A stretch of 64,000 nucleotides of DNA from Eledone cirrhosa. Lineage: Eukaryota. Every line of letters begins with the position of its first letter. Within the stretch, counting starts at the first letter, position 1. The DNA lies in contig OZ024741.1 in the NCBI GenBank assembly GCA_964016885.1, positions 246,884,001-246,948,000 on the forward strand, written 5' to 3'. Below are positions 1-11,200 of the stretch, piece by piece. The translations under genes and the position numbers were made by a program. Under the pieces are notes generated by a model. It did no database searches. It was not told the DNA's origin and saw only the letters and a list, made by a program, of their open reading frames with translations.

Positions 1-45
1 TATCTCCCCTTGGACGGCTGGAAATTATCTCCCCTTGGAAGGATG

Positions 46-70
46 GAAATTATCTCCCCTTGGACGGCTG
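46..70 (+). repeat. Representative monomer A, 25 bp: GAAATTATCTCCCCTTGGACGGCTG
   Basis: Read directly. It has 13/25 GC, a StyI site (CCTTGG) and one CpG. Tail variants include GGCTGGCGGG, GGAAGGATGG, GGACGGCTAG, GGACGGCTGA, GGAGGCTGG and GGATGGCTAG. Confidence 0.98.
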
Positions 71-122
71 GAAATTATCTACCCCTGATTTTTTTTACAA
101 ATTATCTCCCCCTGATTTTTTT

Positions 123-149
123 ACAAATTATCTCCCCCTGATTTTTTTT
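123..149 (+). repeat. Representative monomer B, 27 bp: ACAAATTATCTCCCCCTGATTTTTTTT (T-tract 7-10)
   Basis: Read directly. It has 8/27 GC. Recurrent variants include CTACCCCTGA, CTCCGCCTGA, CCCCCTAA, T5GT3 and T6CT. Confidence 0.98.
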
Positions 150-1731
150 ACAAATTATCTCCGCCTGATTTTTTTAAATGTTATCTCTCCTTGGCTGGCG
201 GGAAATTATCTCCCCTTGGACGGCTGGAAATTATCTCCCCTTGGAAGGATGGAAATTATCTCCCCTTGGAGGGCCGAAAATTATCTACCCCTGATTTTTT
301 TTACAAATTATCTCCCCCTGATTTTTTTTACAAATTATCTCCCCCTGATTTTTTTTACAAATTATCTACCCCTGATTTTTTTTACAAATTATCTCCCCCG
401 GATTTTTTTTACAAATTATCTCCCCCTGATTTTGTTTTTACAAATTATCTCCCCCTGATTTTTTTACAAATTATCTCCCCCTGATTTTTTTTTACAAATT
501 ATCTCCCCCTGATTTTTTTACAAATTATCTCCCCTTGGCTGGCTGGAAATTATCTCCCCTTGGAGGCAGGAACTTATCTCCCCTTGGACGGCTAGAAATT
601 ACCTCTCCTTGGACGGCTGGAAAATATGTCTCCTTGGACGGCTGGATATTATCTCCCCTTGGACGGCTGGAAATTATCTCCCCTTGGACGGCTGGAAATT
701 ATCTACCCCTGATTTTTTTTACAAATTATCTCCCCCTGATTTTTTTTACAAATTATCTCCCCCTGATTTTTTTTTACAAATTATCTACCCCTGATTTTTT
801 TACAAATTATCTCCCCTTGGCTGGCTGGAAATTATCTCCCCTTGGACGGCTAGAAATTACCTCTCCTTGGACGGCTGAAAATTATCTCCCCTTGGACGGC
901 TGGAAATTATCTCCCCTTGATTTTTTTACAAATTATCTCCCCCTGATTTTTTTTTTACAAATTATCTCCCCCTGATTTTTTTTTACAAATTATCTACCCC
1001 TGATTTTTTTTTACAAATTATCTCCCCTTGATTTTTTTTACAAATTATCTCCCCCTGATTTTTTTTACAAATTATCTCCCCCTGATTTTTTTTTACAAAT
1101 TATCTCCCCCTGATTTTTGTTTACAAATTATCTCCGCCTGATTTTTTTTTTACAAATTATCTCCCCCTGATTTTTTTTTACAAATTATCTCCCCCTGATT
1201 TTTTTTTACAAATTATCTCCCCCTGATTTTTTTTTACAAATTATCTCCCCCTAATTTTTTTTTACAAATTATCTCCCCCTAATTTTTTTACAAATTATCT
1301 CCCCTTGGCTGGCTGGAAATTATCTCCCCTTGATTTTTTTTTACAAATTATCTCCCCCTGATTTTTTTTTACAAATTATCTCCCCCTGATTTTTTTTTAC
1401 AAATTATCTCCCCCTAATTTTTTTTTACAAATTATCTCCCCCTAATTTTTTTACAAATTATCTCCCCTTGGCTGGCTGGAAATTATCTCCCCTTGGACGG
1501 CTGGAAATTATCTCCCCTTGGACGGCTGGAAATTATCTCCCCTTGGATGGCTAGATATTACCTCCCCTTGGACGGCTGGAAATTATCTCCCCTTGATTTT
1601 TTTTACAAATTATCTCCCCCTGATTTTTTTTTACAAATTATCTCCCCCTGATTTTTTTTTACAAATTATCTCCCCCTGATTTTTGTTTACAAATTATCTC
1701 CGCCTGATTTTTTTAAAAAAATTATCTCCCC

Positions 1732-1831
1732 TTGGACGGCTGGAAATTATCTCCCCTTGGACGGCTAGAAATTACCTCTCCTTGGACGGCTGAAAATTAT
1801 CTCCCCTTGGACGGCTGGAAATTATCTCCCC
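1732..1831 (+). repeat. Representative A-block R (4 monomers: GGACGGCTGG / GGACGGCTAG-AAATTACCTCTCC / GGACGGCTGA / GGACGGCTGG)
   Basis: The same ordered 4-mer recurs many times (e.g. 7926, 19197, 23097, 32875, 47231, 58103), typically preceded by B[T5GT3] then B[CCGCC..T7A7]. Variant R' starts GGCTGGCTGG (e.g. ~817, 61124). Confidence 0.93.
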
Positions 1832-2074
1832 TTGATTTTTTTACAAATTATCTCCCCCTGATTTTTTTTTTACAAATTATCTCCCCCTGATTTTTTTTAC
1901 AAATTATCTACCCCTGATTTTTTTTACAAATTATCTCCCCCTGATTTTTTTTACAAATTATCTCCCCCTGATTTTTTTTTACAAATTATCTCCCCCTGAT
2001 TTTTTTACAAATTATCTCCCCCTGATTTTTTTTACAAATTATCTCCGCCTGATTTTTTTAGATATTATCTCTCC

Positions 2075-2174
2075 TTGGCTGGCGGGAAATTATCTCCCCT
2101 TGGACGGCTGGAAATTATCTCCCCTTGGAAGGATGGAAATTATCTCCCCTTGGACGGCTGGAAATTATCTACCC
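2075..2174 (+). repeat. Representative A-block P (4 monomers: GGCTGGCGGG / GGACGGCTGG / GGAAGGATGG / GGACGGCTG(G/A))
   Basis: It recurs at ORF-track entries beginning MAGGKLSPL. It is usually paired, first after ..AAATATTATCTCTCC and second after ..AAATGTTATCTCTCC, and exits into B via CTACCCCTGA. Confidence 0.93.
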
Positions 2175-2624
2175 CTGATTTTTTTTACAAATTATCTCCC
2201 CCTGATTTTTTTACAAATTATCTCCCCCTGATTTTTTTTACAAATTATCTCCGCCTGATTTTTTTAAATGTTATCTCTCCTTGGCTGGCGGGAAATTATC
2301 TCCCCTTGGACGGCTGGAAATTATCTCCCCTTGGAAGGATGGAAATTATCTCCCCTTGGACGGCTGAAAATTATCTACCCCTGATTTTTTTTACAAATTA
2401 TCTCCCCCTGATTTTTTTTACAAATTATCTCCCCCTGATTTTTTTTACAAATTATCTACCCCTGATTTTTTCTACAAATTATCTCCCCCTGATTTTTTTT
2501 ACAAATTATCTCCCCCTGATTTTTTTTTTACAAATTATCTCCCCCTGATTTTTTTACAAATTATCTCCCCCTGATTTTTTTTTACAAATTATCTCCCCCT
2601 GATTTTTTTACAAATTATCTCCCC

Positions 2625-2848
2625 TTGGCTGGCTGGAAATTATCTCCCCTTGGAGGCTGGAACTTATCTCCCCTTGGACGGCTAGAAATTACCTCTCCTT
2701 GGACGGCTGGAAAATATGTCTCCTTGGACGGCTGGATATTATCTCCCCTTGGACGGCTGGAAATTATCTCCCCTTGGACGGCTGGAAATTATCTCCGCTT
2801 GGATGGCTAGATATTACCTCCCCTTGGACGGCTGGAAATTATCTCCCC
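2625..2848 (+). repeat. Representative A-block Q (9 monomers, 224 bp, with a 24-bp GGAGGCTGGAAC unit plus GGAAAATATGTCTCC and GGATGGCTAGATATTACC units)
   Basis: It recurs at 61-aa MAGWKLSPLGGWNL entries (5857, 7563, 10748, 12479 ... 59988) with the same unit order. Confidence 0.93.
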
Positions 2849-5306
2849 TTGATTTTTTTTACAAATTATCTCCCCCTGATTTTTTTTTACAAATTATCTC
2901 CCCCTGATTTTTTTTTACAAATTATCTCCCCCTGATTTTTGTTTACAAATTATCTCCGCCTGATTTTTTTAAAAAAATTATCTCCCCTTGGACGGCTGGA
3001 AATTATCTCCCCTTGGACGGCTAGAAATTACCTCCTTGGACGGCTGAAAATTATCTCCCCTTGGACGGCTGGAAATTATCTCCCCTTGATTTTTTTACAA
3101 ATTATCTCCCCCTGATTTTTTTTTTACAAATTATCTCCCCCTGATTTTTTTTACAAATTATCTACCCCTGATTTTTTTTTACAAATTATCTCCCCCTGAT
3201 TTTTTTTACAAATTATCTCCCCTGATTTTTTTTTACAAATTATCTCCCCCTGATTTTTTTACAAATTATCTCCGCCTGATTTTTTTAAATATTATCTCTC
3301 CTTGGCTGGCGGGAAATTATCTCCCCTTGGACGGCTGGAAATTATCTCCCCTTGGAAGGATGGAAATTATCTCCCCTTGGACGGCTGGAAATTATCTACC
3401 CCTGATTTTTTTTACAAATTATCTCCCCCTGATTTTTTTACAAATTATCTCCGCCTGATTTTTTTAAATGTTATCTCTCCTTGGCTGGCGGGAAATTATC
3501 TCCCCTTGGACGGCTGGAAATTATCTCCCCTTGGAAGGATGGAAATTATCTCCCCTTGGACGGCTGGAAATTATCTACCCCTGATTTTTTTTACAAATTA
3601 TCTCCCCCTGATTTTTTTTTTACAAATTATCTCCCCCTGATTTTTTTTACAAATTATCTCCCCCTGATTTTTTTTTACAAATTATCTCCCCCTGATTTTT
3701 TTTTACAAATTATCTCCGCCTGATTTTTTTTACAAATTATCTCCGCCTGATTTTTTTAAATATTATCTCTCCTTGGCTGGCGGGAAATTATCTCCCCTTG
3801 GACGGCTGGAAATTATCTCCCCTTGGAAGGATGGAAATTAACTCCCCTTGGACGGCTGGAAATTATCTACCCCTGATTTTTTTTACAAATTATCTCCCCC
3901 TGATTTTTTTACAAATTATCTCCCCCTGATTTTTTTTACAAATTATCTCCGCCTGATTTTTTTAAATGTTATCTCTCCTTGGCTGGCGGGAAATTATCTC
4001 CCCTTGGACGGCTGGAAATTATCTCCCCTTGGAAGGATGGAAATTATCTCCCCTTGGACGGCTGAAAATTATCTACCCCTGATTTTTTTTACAAATTATC
4101 TCCCCCTGATTTTTTTTACAAATTATCTCCCCCTGATTTTTTTTACAAATTATCTACCCCTGATTTTTTCTACAAATTATCTCCCCCTGATTTTTTTTAC
4201 AAATTATCTCCCCCTGATTTTTTTTTTACAAATTATCTCCCCCTGATTTTTTTTTACAAATTATCTACCCCTGATTTTTTTTTACAAATTATCTACCCCT
4301 GATTTTTTTTTACAAATTATCTCCCCCTGATTTTTTTTACAAATTATCTCCCCCTGATTTTTTTTTACAAATTATCTACATCTGATTTTTTTACAAATTA
4401 TCTCCCCTTGGCTGGCTGGAAATTATCTCCCCTTGGACGGCTAGAAATTACCTCTCCTTGGACGGCTGAAAATTATCTCCCCTTGGACGGCTGGAAATTA
4501 TCTCCCCTTGATTTTTTTACAAATTATCTCCCCCTGATTTTTTTTTTACAAATTATCTCCCCCTGATTTTTTTTTACAAATTATCTACCCCTGATTTTTT
4601 TTTACAAATTATCTCCCCTTGATTTTTTTTACAAATTATCTCCCCCTGATTTTTTTTTACAAATTATCTCCACCTGATTTTTTTTTACAAATTATCTCCC
4701 CCTGATTTTTGTTTACAAATTATCTACCCCTGATTTTTTTTTACAAATTATCTCCCCCTGATTTTTTTAAATGTTATCTCTCCTTGGCTGGCGGGAAATT
4801 ATCTCCCCTTGGACGGCTGGAAATTATCTCCCCTTGGAAGGATGGAAATTATCTCCCCTTGGACGGCTGAAAATTATCTACCCCTGATTTTTTTTACAAA
4901 TTATCTCCCCCTGATTTTTTTACAAATTATCTCCGCCTGATTTTTTTAAATGTTATCTCTCCTTGGCTGGCGGGAAATTATCTCCCCTTGGACGGCTGGA
5001 AATTATCTCCCCTTGGAAGGATGGAAATTATCTCCCCTTGGACGGCTGAAAATTATCTACCCCTGATTTTTTTTACAAATTATCTCCCCCTGATTTTTTT
5101 TACAAATTATCTCCCCCTGATTTTTTTTACAAATTATCTACCCCTGATTTTTTTTACAAATTATCTCCCCCTGATTTTTTTTACAAATTATCTCCCCCTG
5201 ATTTTTTTTTACAAATTATCTCCCCCTGATTTTTTTTTACAAATTATCTCCCCCTGATTTTTTTTACAAATTATCTCCGCCTGATTTTTTTAAATATTAT
5301 CTCTCC

Positions 5307-6560
5307 TTGGCTGGCGGGAAATTATCTCCCCTTGGACGGCTGGAAATTATCTCCCCTTGGAAGGATGGAAATTATCTCCCCTTGGACGGCTGGAAATTAT
5401 CTACCCCTGATTTTTTTTACAAATTATCTCCCCCTGATTTTTTTACAAATTATCTCCCCCTGATTTTTTTTACAAATTATCTCCGCCTGATTTTTTTAAA
5501 TGTTATCTCTCCTTGGCTGGCGGGAAATTATCTCCCCTTGGACGGCTGGAAATTATCTCCCCTTGGAAGGATGGAAATTATCTCCCCTTGGACGGCTGAA
5601 AATTATCTACCCCTGATTTTTTTTACAAATTATCTCCCCCTGATTTTTTTTACAAATTATCTCCCCCTGATTTTTTTTACAAATTATCTACCCCTGATTT
5701 TTTCTACAAATTATCTCCCCCTGATTTTTTTTACAAATTATCTCCCCCTGATTTTTTTTTTACAAATTATCTCCCCCTGATTTTTTTACAAATTATCTCC
5801 CCCTGATTTTTTTTTACAAATTATCTCCCCCTGATTTTTTTACAAATTATCTCCCCTTGGCTGGCTGGAAATTATCTCCCGTTGGAGGCTGGAACTTATC
5901 TCCCCTTGGACGGCTAGAAATTACCTCTCCTTGGACGGCTGGAAAATATGTCTCCTTGGACGGCTGGATATTATCTCCCCTTGGACGGCTGGAAATTATC
6001 TCCCCTTGGACGGCTGGAAATTATCTCCCCTTGGATGGCTAGATATTACCTCCCCTTGGACGGCTGGAAATTATCTCCCCTTGATTTTTTTTACAAATTA
6101 TCTCCCCCTGATTTTTTTTTACAAATTATCTCCCCCTGATTTTTTTTTACAAATTATCTCCCCCTGATTTTTGTTTACAAATTATCTCCGCCTGATTTTT
6201 TTAAAAAAATTATCTCCCCTTGGACGGCTGGAAATTATCTCCCCTTGGACGGCTAGAAATTACCTCCTTGGACGGCTGAAAATTATCTCCCCTTGGACGG
6301 CTGGAAATTATCTCCCCTTGATTTTTTTACAAATTATCTCCCCCTGATTTTTTTTTTACAAATTATCTCCCCCTGATTTTTTTTAAAAATTATCTACCCC
6401 TGATTTTTTTTTACAAATTATCTCCCCCTGATTTTTTTTACAAATTATCTCCCCTGATTTTTTTTTACAAATTATATCCTCCTGATTTTTTTACAAATTA
6501 TCTCCCCCTGATTTTTTTTACAAATTATCTCCGCCTGATTTTTTTAAATATTATCTCTCC
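5307..6560 (+). repeat. Canonical higher-order repeat: P-4B-P-9B-Q-5B-R-9B (21 A + 27 B = 48 monomers, 1,254 bp)
   Basis: Monomers were counted by hand. Similar P-to-P periods are 2075-3302 (1,227), 10198-11451 (1,253), 20454-21680 (1,226), 30256-31510 (1,254), 37134-38387 (1,253) and 57189-58419 (1,230). Confidence 0.88.
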
Positions 6561-8269
6561 TTGGCTGGCGGGAAATTATCTCCCCTTGGACGGCTGGAAA
6601 TTATCTCCCCTTGGAAGGATGGAAATTATCTCCCCTTGGACGGCTGGAAATTATCTACCCCTGATTTTTTTTACAAATTATCTCCCCCTGATTTTTTTAC
6701 AAATTATCTCCGCCTGATTTTTTTAAATGTTATCTCTCCTTGGCTGGCGGGAAATTATCTCCCCTTGGACGGCTGGAAATTATCTCCCCTTGGAAGGATG
6801 GAAATTATCTCCCCTTGGACGGCTGGAAATTATGTACCCCTGATTTTTTTTTACAAATTATCTCCCCCTGATTTTTTTTACAAATTATCTCCCCCTGATT
6901 TTTTTTTACAAATTATCTACCCCTGATTTTTTTACAAATTATCTCCCCTTGGCTGGCTGGAAATTATCTCCCCTTGGACGGCTAGAAATTACCTCTCCTT
7001 GGACGGCTGAAAATTATCTCCCCTTGGACGGCTGGAAATTATCTCCCCTTGATTTTTTTACAAATTATCTCCCCCTGATTTTTTTTTTACAAATTATCTC
7101 CCCCTGATTTTTTTTTACAAATTATCTACCCCTGATTTTTTTTTACAAATTATCTCCCCTTGATTTTTTTTACAAATTATCTCCCCCTGATTTTTTTTAC
7201 AAATTATCTCCCCCTGATTTTTTTTTACAAATTATCTCCCCCTGATTTTTGTTTACAAATTATCTCCGCCTGATTTTTTTAAAAAAATTATCTCCCCTTG
7301 GACGGCTGGAAATTATCTCCCCTTGGACGGCTAGAAATTACCTCTCCTTGGACGGCTGAAAATTATCTCCCCTTGGACGGCTGGAAATTATCTCCCCTTG
7401 ATTTTTTTACAAATTATCTCCGCCTGATTTTTTTTTTACAAATTATCTCCCCCTGATTTTTTTTTACAAATTATCTCCCCCTGATTTTTTTTTACAAATT
7501 ATCTCCCCCTGATTTTTTTTTACAAATTATCTCCCCCTAATTTTTTTACAAATTATCTCCCCTTGGCTGGCTGGAAATTATCTCCCCTTGGAGGCTGGAA
7601 CTTATCTCCCCTTGGACGGCTAGAAATTACGTCTCCTTGGACGGCTGGAAAATATGTCTCCTTGGACGGCTGGATATTATCTCCCCTTGGACGGCTGGAA
7701 ATTATCTCCCCTTGGACGGCTGGAAATTATCTCCCCTTGGATGGCTAGATATTACCTCCCCTTGGACGGCTGGAAATTATCTCCCCTTGATTTTTTTTAC
7801 AAATTATCTCCCCCTGATTTTTTTTTACAAATTATCTCCCCCTGATTTTTTTTTACAAATTATCTCCCCCTGATTTTTGTTTACAAATTATCTCCGCCTG
7901 ATTTTTTTAAAAAAATTATCTCCCCTTGGACGGCTGGAAATTATCTCCCCTTGGACGGCTAGAAATTACCTCTCCTTGGACGGCTGAAAATTATCTCCCC
8001 TTGGACGGCTGGAAATTATCTCCCCTTGATTTTTTTACAAATTATCTCCCCCTGATTTTTTTTTACAAATTATCTCCCCCTGATTTTTTTTTACAAATTA
8101 TCTACCCCTGATTTTTTTTTACAAATTATCTCCCCCTGATTTTTTTTACAAATTATCTCCCCCTGATTTTTTTTTACAAATTATCTCCCCCTGATTTTTT
8201 TACAAATTATCTCCCCCTGATTTTTTTTACAAATTATCTCCGCCTGATTTTTTTAAATATTATCTCTCC
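6561..8269 (+). repeat. Long HOR variant P-P-R'-R-Q-R with intervening B runs (1,709 bp)
   Basis: Block order was read directly. The same order occurs at 11451-13186, 21680-23440, 31510-33218 and 38387-40121. Confidence 0.8.
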
Positions 8270-11200
8270 TTGGCTGGCGGGAAATTATCTCCCCTTGGAC
8301 GGCTGGAAATTATCTCCCCTTGGAAGGATGGAAATTATCTCCCCTTGGACGGCTGGAAATTATCTACCCCTGATTTTTTTTACAAATTATCTCCCCCTGA
8401 TTTTTTTACAAATTATCTCCCCCTGATTTTTTTTACAAATTATCTCCGCCTGATTTTTTTAAATGTTATCTCTCCTTGGCTGGCGGGAAATTATCTCCCC
8501 TTGGACGGCTGGAAATTATCTCCCCTTGGAAGGATGGAAATTATCTCCCCTTGGAGGGCCGAAAATTATCTACCCCTGATTTTTTTTACAAATTATCTCC
8601 CCCTGATTTTTTTTACAAATTATCTCCCCCTGATTTTTTTTACAAATTATCTACCCCTGATTTTTTTTACAAATTATCTCCCCCGGATTTTTTTTACAAA
8701 TTATCTCCCCCTGATTTTGTTTTTACAAATTATCTCCCCCTGATTTTTTTACAAATTATCTCCCCCTGATTTTTTTTTTACAAATTATCTCCCCCTGATT
8801 TTTTTACAAATTATCTCCCCTTGGCTGGCTGGAAATTATCTCCCCTTGGAGGCAGGAACTTATCTCCCCTTGGACGGCTAGAAATTACCTCTCCTTGGAC
8901 GGCTGGAAAATATGTCTCCTTGGACGGCTGGATATTATCTCCCCTTGGACGGCTGGAAATTATCTCCCCTTGGACGGCTGGAAATTATCTACCCCTGATT
9001 TTTTTTACAAATTATCTCCCCCTGATTTTTTTTACAAATTATCTCCCCCTGATTTTTTTTTACAAATTATCTACCCCTGATTTTTTTACAAATTATCTCC
9101 CCTTGGCTGGCTGGAAATTATCTCCCCTTGGACGGCTAGAAATTACCTCTCCTTGGACGGCTGAAAATTATCTCCCCTTGGACGGCTGGAAATTATCTCC
9201 CCTTGATTTTTTTACAAATTATCTCCCCCTGATTTTTTTTTTACAAATTATCTCCCCCTGATTTTTTTTTACAAATTATCTACCCCTGATTTTTTTTTAC
9301 AAATTATCTCCCCTTGATTTTTTTTACAAATTATCTCCCCCTGATTTTTTTTACAAATTATCTCCCCCTGATTTTTTTTTACAAATTATCTCCCCCTGAT
9401 TTTTGTTTACAAATTATCTCCGCCTGATTTTTTTTTTACAAATTATCTCCCCCTGATTTTTTTTTACAAATTATCTCCCCCTGATTTTTTTTTACAAATT
9501 ATCTCCCCCTGATTTTTTTTTACAAATTATCTCCCCCTAATTTTTTTTTACAAATTATCTCCCCCTAATTTTTTTACAAATTATCTCCCCTTGGCTGGCT
9601 GGAAATTATCTCCCCTTGGACGGCTGGAAATTATCTCCCCTTGGACGGCTGGAAATTATCTCCCCTTGGATGGCTAGATATTACCTCCCCTTGGACGGCT
9701 GGAAATTATCTCCCCTTGATTTTTTTTACAAATTATCTCCCCCTGATTTTTTTTTACAAATTATCTCCCCCTGATTTTTTTTTACAAATTATCTCCCCCT
9801 GATTTTTGTTTACAAATTATCTCCGCCTGATTTTTTTAAAAAAATTATCTCCCCTTGGACGGCTGGAAATTATCTCCCCTTGGACGGCTAGAAATTACCT
9901 CTCCTTGGACGGCTGAAAATTATCTCCCCTTGGACGGCTGGAAATTATCTCCCCTTGATTTTTTTACAAATTATCTCCCCCTGATTTTTTTTTTACAAAT
10001 TATCTCCCCCTGATTTTTTTTACAAATTATCTACCCCTGATTTTTTTTACAAATTATCTCCCCCTGATTTTTTTTACAAATTATCTCCCCCTGATTTTTT
10101 TTTACAAATTATCTCCCCCTGATTTTTTTACAAATTATCTCCCCCTGATTTTTTTTACAAATTATCTCCGCCTGATTTTTTTAGATATTATCTCTCCTTG
10201 GCTGGCGGGAAATTATCTCCCCTTGGACGGCTGGAAATTATCTCCCCTTGGAAGGATGGAAATTATCTCCCCTTGGACGGCTGGAAATTATCTACCCCTG
10301 ATTTTTTTTACAAATTATCTCCCCCTGATTTTTTTACAAATTATCTCCCCCTGATTTTTTTTACAAATTATCTCCGCCTGATTTTTTTAAATGTTATCTC
10401 TCCTTGGCTGGCGGGAAATTATCTCCCCTTGGACGGCTGGAAATTATCTCCCCTTGGAAGGATGGAAATTATCTCCCCTTGGACGGCTGAAAATTATCTA
10501 ACCCTGATTTTTTTTACAAATTATCTCCCCCTGATTTTTTTTACAAATTATCTCCCCCTGATTTTTTTTACAAATTATCTACCCCTGATTTTTTCTACAA
10601 ATTATCTCCCCCTGATTTTTTTTACAAATTATCTCCCCCTGATTTTTTTTTTACAAATTATCTCCCCCTGATTTTTTTACAAATTATCTCCCCCTGATTT
10701 TTTTTTACAAATTATCTCCCCCTGATTTTTTTACAAATTATCTCCCCTTGGCTGGCTGGAAATTATCTCCCCTTGGAGGCTGGAACTTATCTCCCCTTGG
10801 ACGGCTAGAAATTACCTCTCCTTGGACGGCTGGAAAATATGTCTCCTTGGACGGCTGGATATTATCTCCCCTTGGACGGCTGGAAATTATCTCCCCTTGG
10901 ACGGCTGGAAATTATCTCCGCTTGGATGGCTAGATATTACCTCCCCTTGGACGGCTGGAAATTATCTCCCCTTGATTTTTTTTACAAATTATCTCCCCCT
11001 GATTTTTTTTTACAAATTATCTCCCCCTGATTTTTTTTTACAAATTATCTCCCCCTGATTTTTGTTTACAAATTATCTCCGCCTGATTTTTTTAAAAAAA
11101 TTATCTCCCCTTGGACGGCTGGAAATTATCTCCCCTTGGACGGCTAGAAATTACCTCCTTGGACGGCTGAAAATTATCTCCCCTTGGACGGCTGGAAATT

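Larger units (their letters stand above)
1..3600 (+). repeat. Segment repeated at ~8290-11750 (offset 8,285-8,286 then 8,123) and ~35100-38700 (offset 35,059-35,060)
   Basis: Shared rare variants GGAGGGCCGA, CCCCCGGA, GGAGGCAGG, TTAGATATT and CTCCGCTTGG. ORF starts 535/8821/35595, 2075/10198/37134 and 2625/10748/37684. Confidence 0.85.

Noticed and set aside
50-62. Shine-Dalgarno-like AAGGGGAG on the minus strand, or plasmid iterons
   Set aside because: No ORF follows on the minus strand, there is no rep gene, and the copy number is far beyond iteron arrays.
46-70. Telomerase-type long telomeric repeat (25 bp, as in Kluyveromyces)
   Set aside because: There is no match to telomeric motifs I know. 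A 64-kb array with two monomers and inherited higher-order variant order implies recombinational amplification, not templated addition.
193-202. GCTGGCGG resembling E. coli Chi (GCTGGTGG), and GGAGGCAGG resembling the human minisatellite core
   Set aside because: These are imperfect short matches that arise as one- or two-base variants of monomer A, with no supporting context.
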